A program made the position numbers and the translations under genes. The notes beneath the pieces were generated by a model. It saw only the letters and a list, made by a program, of their open reading frames with translations. It was not told the DNA's origin and did not search any database. Source: Azolla caroliniana (lineage: Eukaryota; Plantae; Polypodiophyta). From it: a stretch of DNA of 64,000 nucleotides. The DNA is taken from assembly GCA_043228905.1 (NCBI GenBank), contig JBHGNT010000013.1, positions 4,092,001 through 4,156,000 of the forward strand. Direction: 5' to 3'. This document shows, one piece after another, positions 1-11,111 of this stretch (position 1 is its first letter; every line of letters starts with the position of its first letter).

Positions 1-587
1 CGAATGCCTTGTTAGATCCACCGTAGGTGCGGTAGGCCTTACCAGATATGCAATACGCACCAAAGTATTCCTTCAGGGTCGTGGAAGGGGGAATCTCTAC
101 TTCATGATCACCTCCTTGCTTCAGGTCCAAGGCAGCACGAATCATATTGTTGTTGACTGTGTCCGAGTGGATTCGGCGTGCGACCGCTTGGGCATCAGGG
201 TGTGCAGGGGCATCGATCACCTTTAAATAACCACCTAATCCAGGAGCGGGTTTCCTGTGAAGTTGCAAGAGGCATAATGGACTCGGGGTTCTGTTGTGTG
301 GAAGATTGTGGAAGGAGGATGAGACTAGGCCGAGATAGAGTGAGGGGACGAGATGGTTGTGGTGCGGCAAAGGGGCTACGAGGGCAAGAGAGGTCTTGTG
401 AGCAAGCGTGGTGGGAGCAATGAAAGCGCTGAGAGCGAGAGGAGGCTTGAGAGCGTGGGAGCGATGAAGGCTGTGTGTGCAAGAAAGCGTTTGTGTGTGG
501 GGAGTGCTTGGGGTAACTGTTTTTTAGCGAACGCCTAGGGTTTTGTGCATGAAGAGGAGCCTGGAGATTCTTGGTCATGGATGCCAT
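1..587 (-). pseudogene. N-terminal part of an extra ORF (ORF3) downstream of pol in element A, frameshifted
   Basis: ORF 195-587 (...MPLATSQETRSW...). Manual translation of 145->1 gives MIRAALDLKQGGDHEVEIPPSTTLKEYFGAYCISGKAYRTYGGSNKAF, which is homologous to the ORF at 53582-55321. Confidence 0.8.
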
Positions 588-869
588 AATAGGATATTAT
601 GGCCACGTGTCCTAGGGAGTTAGTGTCGTGCCTTGGATGATGTGCATGTGCCTTTAAATACTTAAGTGAATGTGAAAGTGACTAGTGTGTGCCTCTAAAC
701 ATGACACGATTTTGGTGATGTGGTAGGTGGTTTAGGTGGAACTAACTAATTGCTAAAACTATGCCTAATCCTACCTAATGTACGCTTTGGAATGTTGGTG
801 GGTTCCTACCGATGGGGACACGTGGCCTCCTTCGTGGCATTGTCCGTGCCGTGAGACTCGGCGAAAGGG

Positions 870-3800
870 TTGGCTAGGGTATTTCCCTGGTATGGTCGCA
901 GTCGGAATCCATTCACCCAGCTTTTGACAATTTCCCCAACGAGGGTGCCGAGCTAGAACGTGCCGTTAAACTCGTCAATAATCCAGAAGGGGCCGGTCCA
1001 TCGAAATCGTAACTTCCCTGGCATGGCACTGAGTCGTGTCTGGAAAACAAGGACCGGTTTGCCGATGGTCAGTTCTTGTTCCAATCATTTCCGATGTCGG
1101 TCCACAAAGGCTTTCCGTTGTCGTTGGCGCTGTTCAAGTTGGGCCATGCTCACTACTCGGTCCTCGCCAAGTTCGAGGAGTTGTTCCAACCTAAATTGTT
1201 CGGATTGGGCCTCGGGGAGCCTTGCTTTAACTTTAACTCGGAGACTCGGAACTTGAAACTATATGGGCATAAGGGCTTAGTGACCAAAAGCCATCCGAGA
1301 GGGGGTGGATTGAATGCTCGTTTTGAATGTAGTGCGATAAGCCCATAGTGCACTCTAGAGCTTGTCATCCCAATTGGTGGCGTTCTCATTGACGATCTTC
1401 TTCAGGATTGTTTGGAGAATTTTGTTACTCGATTCTGCCAATCCGTTTGCCTACGGGTAGTATGGTGTACTTTTCTTATGTACAACAGTGTAGTGTGTCG
1501 TAAGCTCGCGTATTATATGGTTTATAAAGTGCCCACCTTGGTCACTAACGAGTTCAATTGGGCATCCATAATGGCACCAGATATGTTCGTACACGAATTT
1601 GGCTGTGGATGCTGCCGTGTTGTCTCGTAAAGCCTTTGCCTCGACCCATTTTGTGCAATAATCCGTGGCCATGGTGATATAATTATTATCGGTTCAGGCC
1701 GCGGCTGGTTTGAAGGGTCCCACAAAATCTAACCCCCAATTTTGAAATGGTTCCAATGGAAGAATGGGTTGGTGTGGCATTCGAGCTTGTTCCATCAGTT
1801 CTCCCAACCGTTGGCACAAGTCGCACTGCTGACAGAACTCATGGGCATCCTTTTTCATTGTAGGCGACCATAAACCACTTTGCCATACTTTACTTGCCGT
1901 GGACTCGCCAACGTAGTGTCCACCGGCGATTCCTAGGTGGGCCTCTTGGAGGATGGCCTTCTTCTTGAATTGTCGAATTTCCCGGCGCCATATTTCATCC
2001 GAGCCTTTATGGTAGAGGGTGTTGGAGACGAGACAAAGTTTCGGCTTCGTACTGCGAGTCGTTTCCGCGCATCGAGGGGCATGTGGTCGGGAGGCAAGCC
2101 AGTACTAAGGAAATGGGTCATCTCCATGATCCATTCATATTCTTTGTCGTCTGGCAGCATTGTGAGATTAAATAGGCCGGCATTGGGTAAGTCGTCATAC
2201 GTGGACTCGGTAAGGTCCCCTGACTTGAGGCGGCTTAGGTAGTCAGCGACGACGTGTTGGACTCCGGGTCGATTGTGTATATGAAAATCAAACTCTTGTA
2301 ACAGGATCATCCATCAAGCCAATCGACCTATCAGGGCTTGTTTATTGACCAGGTAAAGGAGGGCCGAGTGATCGACGTGAAATGTGAATGTTCGGCCTAA
2401 GAGGTAATGCCGAAATTTACTAATGTTGTAGATCATACCGAGGGCGTCTCGTTCGGTGGTTGAATAGTTCTTTTCCACGGCCGAGAGATGTCGGCTAGCA
2501 TAATACACTGGCCGATACCAATTTGGGGGCATGCATTGCATGAGTGCGCTCCCAATGGCGATATCTGATGCATCCACAAAGACGTGAAAAGGTTCCGACC
2601 ATATCGGGGGCTCTACAACTGGGGCATGCGAGAGCATTAACTTCAAAGCTTGGTAAGCCTCATCCTCGATTGAAGTCCATTGAAAGGGAAGTCGATGCAC
2701 CGCCGCGTGTAGCGGTGTCGCGAAATCGGCCAAGTGGCGTATCATCCGGCTGTGCCATTTGATTTGTCCCAAAAATCAGCTGAGGGCCTTTGCGTTCGAG
2801 GGTGCGGGGGCGTTAAAGATGGCTTGTACTTTATCCGGGTCCATGGCGATACCTTCTTGACTGACGATGTGCCCGAGTAGGTTGCTGCTTGTGACCAAGA
2901 ACGCGCATTTTGCCGGGTTTAAACTTAACTGAGCCTGGCGACATCGACCAAGACAAAGACGTAACTGGGTCATATGTTCCAATCGCTGGCCATACATGGC
3001 GAAGTCGTCGAGAAAGACTTGCATGAACACCGGGATATATTCGTTAAAAATTTTGGTGATGATGCGCTGGAACGTCATTACTTCTGCCACGAAAACACCC
3101 CATTCTGTGACAAATGTTTTTTTCTCTTGATCATCCAGTGCATTCTGATTTGGTTGTAGCCACTGAACTCGTCTAGAAAGTTGTAGCATTCGTGACCTGC
3201 CACCATGTCGAGAACGCTATCCGTGAACGGGAGAGGGAATCCATCCGTGACCATTGCAACATTAAGCTTGCAATAGTCGACGCAGACTCGGATTTTCCTG
3301 TTTTTCTTGGGGACGACTACGATTGGGCTTAACCATGTGGCGCATTTTACAGGTCGTATAAACCCGACTCGGAGGAGCTTGTCTATTTCTTCCTTGACCT
3401 TAGCCACATAATTGGGGTTCATCCGCTAGCGTCTTTGCTGAACCGGCCGAGTGTTAGGGAGAAGATGGATCTGGTGTTGGTAGTATTGAGGGTCCAAACC
3501 CTTCATATCCATGTAAGACCATGCGAATACATCTTGGTAATCGGTGAGTAAGCATATGAGGGTTGCTCGTTCACTGGCTGGTAAGTTATTAACAATTTGC
3601 AGGGTGTGAGGGTTCTCGTCTGAACCGAGGTTTAGTGTTTCGAGCGTTGATGCCTTCACTCATTGGGAGATGGCGAGTTCCCGTTCAAAAGCATCCCGAG
3701 CGTGTCGTAATTCAGCGATGGTGGTGGGATCTGGCTCATCCTGGGGAGGTGTATTCTCCATGACCTTCTCGTCTAGAGGTGTGCCGACGGCCGATATCGC

Positions 3801-5860
3801 GGCCATTTCGAAGAGGGGTATGATAGTGGGATGGTCTTCTAGGAAGTCATCCACCTCGTCATCGGCTAACCCGTCGAGCATGTGCACCCCTTCCGCATAT
3901 AACGGCGAGGTGTTGTGGGGTGTAGTTACGCACTCTTCGGTTATGATCCAGACCTTGGTCTTTCCTCAGTGAAACGAGATCATGTTGCGCTGCCAATGTT
4001 GTTTGATATTTGTTGTGCGCAACCATGGTCTCGTAACATTGGGTAGGCGCCCTGTGCTTCGAGTCGTAATGCAACAGCCGAGATAGTGAACATGTGGCCT
4101 CCTAGAGTAAAGTCGAGGTAGCGGATTAATCCGATGGGACGAACCGATCTTGTATCGGCCATCCGAAGCCAAAAGGGGCAAGGCTCCCATTGGTTTATGC
4201 CGAAGGTGTGACATGTGGCCTCGTTGATGACGTTCACACCGGAGCCGCCGTCGATTATGCACCCATGAAGGTCGTGTCCTTTAAGCATGATTTTCACGGC
4301 TGGATTCTAGGAATCCATGAGGGGTGGGCCTGTCCCTGGCTCCGTCAGGTTAACCGGGGGTACGACCGATTTGTCGTTAGCTGTGAGGTTAGCCAAGGTA
4401 TCCTGAAAGCGCGGCATGAGTGGTAACAGCTTATGTAATGGTAGCGAGATCTTAGCGGTTGTAAGGGCTTCCCATAGATGGTCATCCTTTGTCGTGGTGG
4501 ATGGTCCTATGGTCAGTGGTGCGTCGATGGTCACGTCCTGCATCGTTGTATGTATCCATGCCACGTTGCTTTTGTTGGCGGTCTCAATCCATTCCTTGGC
4601 CGCTTGTCGGACGTCATCTTGTTCTTGTCATTGGTTGGCGTGAGTCTTGCTCCATGTAGTGATGTGTTGGACGTCGGCCATAATCGTATTCACAGTCGGG
4701 GCCTTGCCGCAGTTCGTGGTTGGGCATTGGGTAGCATAGTGGACGGGTTGGTTACACTTAAAGCAGATAACGGATGCCGAGTTTCTTGTGTCACCGTGCT
4801 CAGTGTGTGGGAAGGGTTGTGATTGATTCCCGGTCGCTTGGGTAGGCGTGTTGGCCCATGGCGCGGTGTGCGGGGCGTTCGGAGGGGGATCCTGACGACG
4901 ATTGTCATTTTGACGGCAATTGTTCCACGGACCTCTATAGAAGTTCCGTCAGTCGTTTCATGAATACCGCTGATCATACCGGTCCTCCCGCTCATCACCG
5001 TACCGATCATACTCATTGTTTGCTCTATATTGGTTGTCGTGGTACTGGTCACGGTTGTCTGATCTCCTACGATTGTTGTGGCGGTATCGGTCGTCGTCGC
5101 GGCGCTGACGATCCGGGGATCGTGGTCGCTCGTTTGCCTGATGTCAGTATGACTGACGTTCATCCTGCCGGGAGTACGTATTCCGCAACTCGATCTAGCG
5201 AACCGGAGCCGTGATTGTGCGGTTGAGGATGTTGTACGGACAGTGTTCGATCGTGTGTGCTCAGGACCGACATATTGGGCAGTGTGGCCAATGAGGGCAC
5301 TCAAGAGCCAGATGGCCTGAGCCTGAGCAGGCCGTATATTGAAGAGCTTCTTGGAAACGATTGTCCTCCTGCGGAAGGGAACTTTGCAAAGAGCCCATGG
5401 AGAAAGTTGTGGTATGTTGTGTGTCATCGATTGCAAGGGCGTGTGCAATGACTTGCTCGATAGTCTAGTTGGAGAAATCTGTAAGGGCGAGAGTCGTCCG
5501 TAGAGGCTCCCTTAAGCTGGACAGGAGCGTATCCGGAATGTGATGAGCGGGGATGTCGTCGGCCAGTTGTCGGTAGAGATCCTGAAACCGGATCGTGAAT
5601 TCGACGACCGTCTCGTGAGGTTCTTGGTTCATGGAAAAGAATTGTCGGAGTAGTTCCCGCTTCGGAACTTGGTGGTGAAATAATTGGAGGAACTTTGTCC
5701 TGACGTCCTGGAACATTGTGACCTCCCCCATGTCGAGGCGGGAGTACCATCGAGCACCCGGGTCATCGAGGGATAAAGCAAATTCCGTGAGTTTGGAGGC
5801 CTCGATTTCGGCAGCCGATAACCACTGCATCGAGTGGTTGATCTGCCATGTGGACACAAA
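870..5860 (-). pseudogene. gag-pol of element A, broken by many stops and frameshifts
   Basis: Collinear fragments at 5465-5857, 3980-4297, 3426-3659, 3078-3422, 2776-3189, 2314-2772, 1933-2310 and 1451-1672. Confidence 0.9.
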
Positions 5861-6241
5861 CGCCCGGGTGTGTGCTTCCGCGTCGGGGCCGTCGGTGTAC
5901 CGTGGGTAAGGGTAAGGTATGGTATCGAGATACGGGTTCTCGGGTAAGGCCGAAAAAGGGTTAGGGTCAGGTTGGGTGACCTCTGGAGGGCTCGGCGGAG
6001 AGGTTGGTGCGGAATCAACTCGCGACTGGGTATCGGGTGGCGAAGATTGGAACCGGTGAGCCTCCGATAGTTCTTGGAACGATTGGTCAGTAACCGCCGA
6101 GTTGGAAGTTCCTTCGACTGGCTCAGGGCGTCGGGTAGGTGGCTGAGACCGCGTGATGCGATGGGGCGCCGTAATGGCGGCTAGAGTTTGCTTCCAACGT
6201 AGTTCGCTGTGACCTTACAGCTGTAACCGGGCTTGCCAAAT

Positions 6242-6734
6242 TGTGTTATCCGTTCCTTTGGAAAACACCTTCGATGAGCCCACAGGCTATCGATGTCAAG
6301 GGATCGTGTTACATGGAAGCTTCTTCTACACGGGGAAAAACAGAGGAGACAAGGATCGTACATGGGCTACAACCCGTTAAGTATGAACACAACCCGATTT
6401 ACGAATACGGGGAGAATACACAGATAGAAGTTTAGAAAAGACGAAACTTATATTCCATGATAAAGCTTACAGCGATTACAGTACTCGGCCTCAGCTGGAA
6501 ACAGTATGTACAGAGCTTGCTCCTATGATATTACTTCCACTCAGAATGATCTAGGTATCCCCCCTACCGAGGTACGCAGACCTCGGTTTATATACTTTTT
6601 CTCCATACACAACCGAGCCGTTAGCTTACTGTGAGGCTCGAAACTCGACGTTTTCCTAACTCTACCTTCCTCACCTACTCCTACTTAACGATGAGTTTAC
6701 ATAATATATTTATTTTTCTAGCCTATGGACAACA
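6242..6734 (-). repeat. 5' LTR of element A (inner boundary uncertain by about 30 bp)
   Basis: On the minus strand it starts TGTTGTCC and ends ...AACACA, followed by ATTTGGCAAGCC (PBS-like TGG, tRNA not identified). The partner LTR is not in the window. Confidence 0.6.
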
Positions 6735-8296
6735 CTCGAATCAGAGAAGGACAAAACTCTCGATCAAGATGGATGTCGAAGATTTTTCTCAAACCATATT
6801 AGAGACTGTGGAAGAGTGCTAGAAAGACTAGAAGATGCAAGGCTTACATTCTCCAGAGAAAAATCAGCATTTGGCCAATGCGAGGTACTAGTGGTGGGAC
6901 ATCTTTGCGGACCATACGGACGAAAACCCTCTCCCGAGAAGGTGAATGCTATTCAAGAGATGCGAGAGGATTTGGAACGCAGACAGAGGTTCGAAGATTC
7001 TTAGGAGCATGTGTGTTCTACCACATTTGGATTCCACACTATGCTCATGTGGCTAAACCCTTGTATGGCTTACTAAAAAAAGGAAGAAAATTCAAAAAGG
7101 AACCGATACACACAGAGGCGATGAAGAGATTAAAAGGGCTACTAGTGGCAGCACCAACTTTAAGGAAAGCCGTCTACAAAGAAGGGATGCCCATCTACAT
7201 CACGATAGATATGAGTCCAACGGAAATTGGATGGGTCATCAACCAAGAAGGAGAAGATAGCACACGGTACGCCATCCGGTTTCAAGCAAAGTTCCTTAGC
7301 GAGTGGCAACGAGGATACGCCCAAGTAAAGCGGGAACTCTGGGGTATTGTGTCTGCGGTGAAGGTAGACAAGGACTACTTGATCGGGTAGGAGGTGGTAA
7401 TTGAAACGGATTGCCTCCCAATCCTTGGGTTGATCTCTGGATGTGCGACACCAGATCTAGCTATGCTGAGGTGGATCGCATATATGAAGTCTTTGAACCC
7501 AGAGATCCACCACATTGCCAGGAAGAACAACGCCATGGCTGACTTGCTGTCAAGAGCAAGATTCGAGGATGAAGGTGACATGGTTTCGAAAGATGAAGAC
7601 GTCGCCCTCGACTTCTTCAAGGCAGCCCGACTGTCGGCAAAAGACAGAGCCACGCCAACCCTCCACGCTTTCAACGAGAACGAGTATGAAGGGGAGTGGC
7701 TACTAATTGGCAGATTCTTCAGAACAATGATGGTGGATGCCTCATGGCCGAAGGAGGAGGCTCTACGAATATGGAAGAAAGCTTACCTATACTTTCTGAA
7801 AGGAGGATTCCTCTGGCGACATCCAAAGAGAAGGACAGGAATGCCATGACGAGTAGTGGTGAAGAAAGATGACCAAGCAACATTGATGTCTGAATTTCAC
7901 GAAAGTCCATGGGCAGGTCATAGAGGAACGTGGGCAACGTTTGAAAAGCTAAAGGAGAAGTACTAGTGGCCAAGCATGTATAAAGATGTGCTACATTTAG
8001 TGTCCACATGCGAAAGCTGTCAAGTACATTCAAACGTACGTCACCGTGATGAGTTGCGACCAACATACCCACTCACCATACACTTAAAATAGATGGTGGA
8101 TCTAGTCTCGATGCCAATGGGAGTGGGACAGATGAAGTACTTGGTACTAGCAAGGGAAGACCTGAAAAACCAGGTAGAAGGACGAGCCTTAGCAAATAAG
8201 ATGACGGCAACCATATGCAAATTTTTGCTCGAAGAGGTCGTTTGTAGAGCTCATGTATGGACAGAAACCAGTAATGCCCATCGAGAGGACGATCGC
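6735..8296 (+). mobile_element. Element B: fragment of a Gypsy of the E/F/J family (RT C-terminus, RNase H, integrase), degenerate
   Basis: EVRRFLGACVFYHIWIPHY, YAQVKRELWG, IETDCLPILG and MVDLVSMPMG match element E. About 270 bp of integrase is deleted near 8245. The fragment ends at the assembly gap. Confidence 0.92.
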
Positions 8297-8396
8297 NNNN
8301 NNNNNNNNNNNNNNNNNNNNNNNNNNNNNNNNNNNNNNNNNNNNNNNNNNNNNNNNNNNNNNNNNNNNNNNNNNNNNNNNNNNNNNNNNNNNNNNN
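8297..8396. other. Assembly gap (100 N)
   Basis: Run of 100 N; contiguity across it is not established. Confidence 1.
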
Positions 8397-9498
8397 ACCA
8401 ACTTCCCACATCACAACATTGTCACTTGTGAACCTCATTTGCTGCAAACTTGAATTTTCATCATTCAATACGAACATTTTAAATTGTCAAGTTTTTGGGT
8501 CATAGCATCAAATTAGCTCATGCAAGAGGCGTCGTGGATTGATGTGAAAAAATGTTGGGATCGAAGTTTAGAGAGGAACTACACAATTGACAAAAATTGT
8601 GTGTCGGGCAACAAGAATTGTATAGTTCCTTTGTGTCAACATTGAGCTTTTACTAATGTGTTATGAACACGCCACAAGTCAACATGATTTTGATTATTCC
8701 TTCTACGATTATATTTGCGAATGCTCAAGATGGCGATCACGTCATGATCGACAACACAAGGTTGGAGAATGTCACCATTGCCCTCCCTATATAGATTCCC
8801 TCATATCATGGTGAATGGTCCTCACTTTTAAAATAAGACTAACTCGGTCACTTATGCTAAGTTATTTTAAGAATAATGCCCCTTGTATGAGTACTCAAAC
8901 TATGTCACCAGCCCATGTTAGTGCAATGTTGAGTGTGATGAGTGAAGCATATGGTGTGTCACCTTCAATGCCAATTGTTGCTTCGCCACCCATTGGTTGT
9001 GAGAAATGATTTGCCGAAGTTCACAATATTATGACTTTAAAATTGAATTTGAGAAGGGTGACAACCCAACATGAAATTGATCATGTAGCATGTGTGCTAT
9101 GAACAAGGTACATTAGTGCTTGATGGTCGATGTACAAGTAGAAATGGAAATATGACTACTTTCGTTCCTTCTTAACTACAAGGGTCGTGATTTTTCTTCG
9201 ACCATATTAATGAACCCTCTGTAGTCTTGGGCATAACCTATAAACCCTTGGGAGTTTCTTTTCCGCTGTAAAGGGTGGTATTATCAACATGAGTTCTAGT
9301 TTAACCTTGGCCTTGTATCTAGATATCATGTCTTTCTTTCCATACTATAGATCCTAGAATTACTCCATGTGTCACCTAAAACCAGCAAGGTTGAAGGGAG
9401 AGTTGATATGTTTGACATTTACAAACTTTAGTGCTACCAATGATATTATATTTTCTCAGTTTTCAGTTAAATTCTATTATGATAATACGTTAAATTCT

Positions 9499-9534
<36 letters not shown>
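9499..9534. repeat. (ATG)12 microsatellite
   Basis: Perfect trinucleotide run. Confidence 0.97.
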
Positions 9535-9927
9535 TGAAACAAGAGGTATTGTTTAAAATCCCTTTTTGCTACAGAGGCTTCACATGCTTTAAGGGTGCAA
9601 TCTTCTAAACAGATCTACAGACATGCCCTTTTAGTTATGATTCTTCCTTCACTTTTCTCTTTGCCTAAACATTTTCTAATCATGACCATGTTTAGCTTAT
9701 AAGACTTGTTTAATCTTTAGTGCAATTCTAAAGAAAGAATGCCAACACCATGTTGGAGCAGACTGTAGATTCCTCATCTGCCCAACAATAATAACAGAAG
9801 AAAGAAAGAAAGAAAGAAAGTAATGGATGGGTTACACAACCCAACAAAAATATCAAAGACTAGATTCATGAGGTTTTGGGAGATCGATCTGACTTTGTTC
9901 ATTACATTTACAAGATGAACAGAGCCA

Positions 9928-10159
9928 TGTAGGAATTAAGAGATGGAAAGAGAGGGAGAGAGAGGGAGAGAACGAGAGAAAGAAACTTTTATTAATGGCG
10001 AATTTGTCTCTCTCTACAACCAACCGACCACACACAGAGAGATTGTGGTGGTTATAGGTGCATCGTATTTTTGGGGTGCACCTTTTCATATTGTTTAATA
10101 TCCTTTCGTTGTGCCTATTTTTATATTTATTTATTGTAACTAATTAGTTTATTACAACA
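9928..10159 (-). repeat. 3' LTR of element C (232 bp)
   Basis: Highly similar to 26518-26741. Confidence 0.95.
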
Positions 10160-10443
10160 ACCTCCACTGCCATGAATTCAGCTTCAGCAGATGAGAGTGT
10201 CACAGATTGTTGTTTTTTCGATTGCCACCTCATTGTTGCTCCTGCCCTTATAAAAGAAAAACCAGTAGTAGATATTCGAGAATCAACATCCCTCCCCTAA
10301 TCCGACTCAGACCAACCAACGAGTGATTTGATTGGTCTTTTGGATTGAGATCATTTATATGTTAACCCATAGTTAGATGTGTGTTTTAGATATCGCATAA
10401 CACGTTGAAGTGATTTCCAGTGCATAAGGCCGGAGTTATGCAT
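10160..10443 (-). pseudogene. RT end and RNase H N-terminal part of element C, truncated at the LTR
   Basis: Translates as HNSGLMHWKSLQRVMRYLK...GWSESD*GRDVDSRISTTG...SSAEAEFMAVEV and continues the reading ...NYLSRFM from 22418 across the D insertion. Confidence 0.88.
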
Positions 10444-10501
10444 TGTAAAGAATCAAGAGATAGATTCTTGTGAAGCGGAAGAGATGTGAGTTATGTGTGT
10501 G

Positions 10502-10556
<55 letters not shown>

Positions 10557-10848
10557 TAGAGAATACGCAAGGTAAAAGTATATTAGCAAAGGAGAAAGAC
10601 TCAACATTATACAAGGTGGGAGGAGGGTGCTTTATGTAGTCACCCTCTCTCTTCATTAACTACAAGCTTCATGGAGCATGGGGAATGTGAAAGCTCATAA
10701 GTTATGTGTCATAGAATATGATTCTATGACTCATACTAAATGCTAGAATACAAAGTGGTGACATAATGGTGACTCTTGACCGTTGGAGTGTCTCTTCACT
10801 CTCAAGGTGAGTTCACACACTAGACCAAGTTGAGCTTGATTCTCAACA
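10444..10848 (-). repeat. 3' LTR of element D, contains a (GA)n tract
   Basis: Differs from the 5' LTR by 2 substitutions and one GA unit (by eye). Confidence 0.96.
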
Positions 10849-11111
10849 CGCCCCCTCAAGCTCAACTCGGGTCGGTTTCAGACAGTATCCAAAATCTGCT
10901 TCAATTCACGTTCGGGAGTCCGCATTGACTCGCGTCGACTCGCTTTATGCAGAGTTGCGGAATCCGTGCTCCATCTTGCGTTGTGCGTAGTTACGAAGTC
11001 TGTGCTTCGGTTTGTGTCTTTCTTCGCGGTAGATCGGCTCTTCACTGCTACGTTGCGTGGTTGCGGAATCTACGCGTTATTGCATAGTGTCTTCAGTACT
11101 CCCCCTCAAGC

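Larger units (their letters stand above)
1..6734 (-). mobile_element. Element A: Ty3/Gypsy non-chromovirus LTR retrotransposon (Phygy/Athila-Tat-like), degenerate; 3' end lies outside the window; inserted into element B
   Basis: Minus-strand order gag (5465-5857 'ARWYSRL...FLQLF'), protease (IIDGGSGVN), RT (WLSPIVVVPKK...VCVDY; VFLDDF), RNase H (VFVDASD...NYSTTER), integrase (DYCTKWVEA...SDQGGHF). B-type RT coding sequence resumes right after ...GGACAACA at 6734. Confidence 0.9.

Noticed and set aside
4690-5448. Thr-rich 252-aa ORF as a mucin-like host gene
   Set aside because: It is an alternative frame of the Arg/Asp-rich gag region of element A.
9741-9760. GCCAACACCA|TGTTGG as PBS plus LTR end of the Copia remnant at 26747-27290
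   Set aside because: No partner LTR and no gag sequence follow it, so it cannot be supported.
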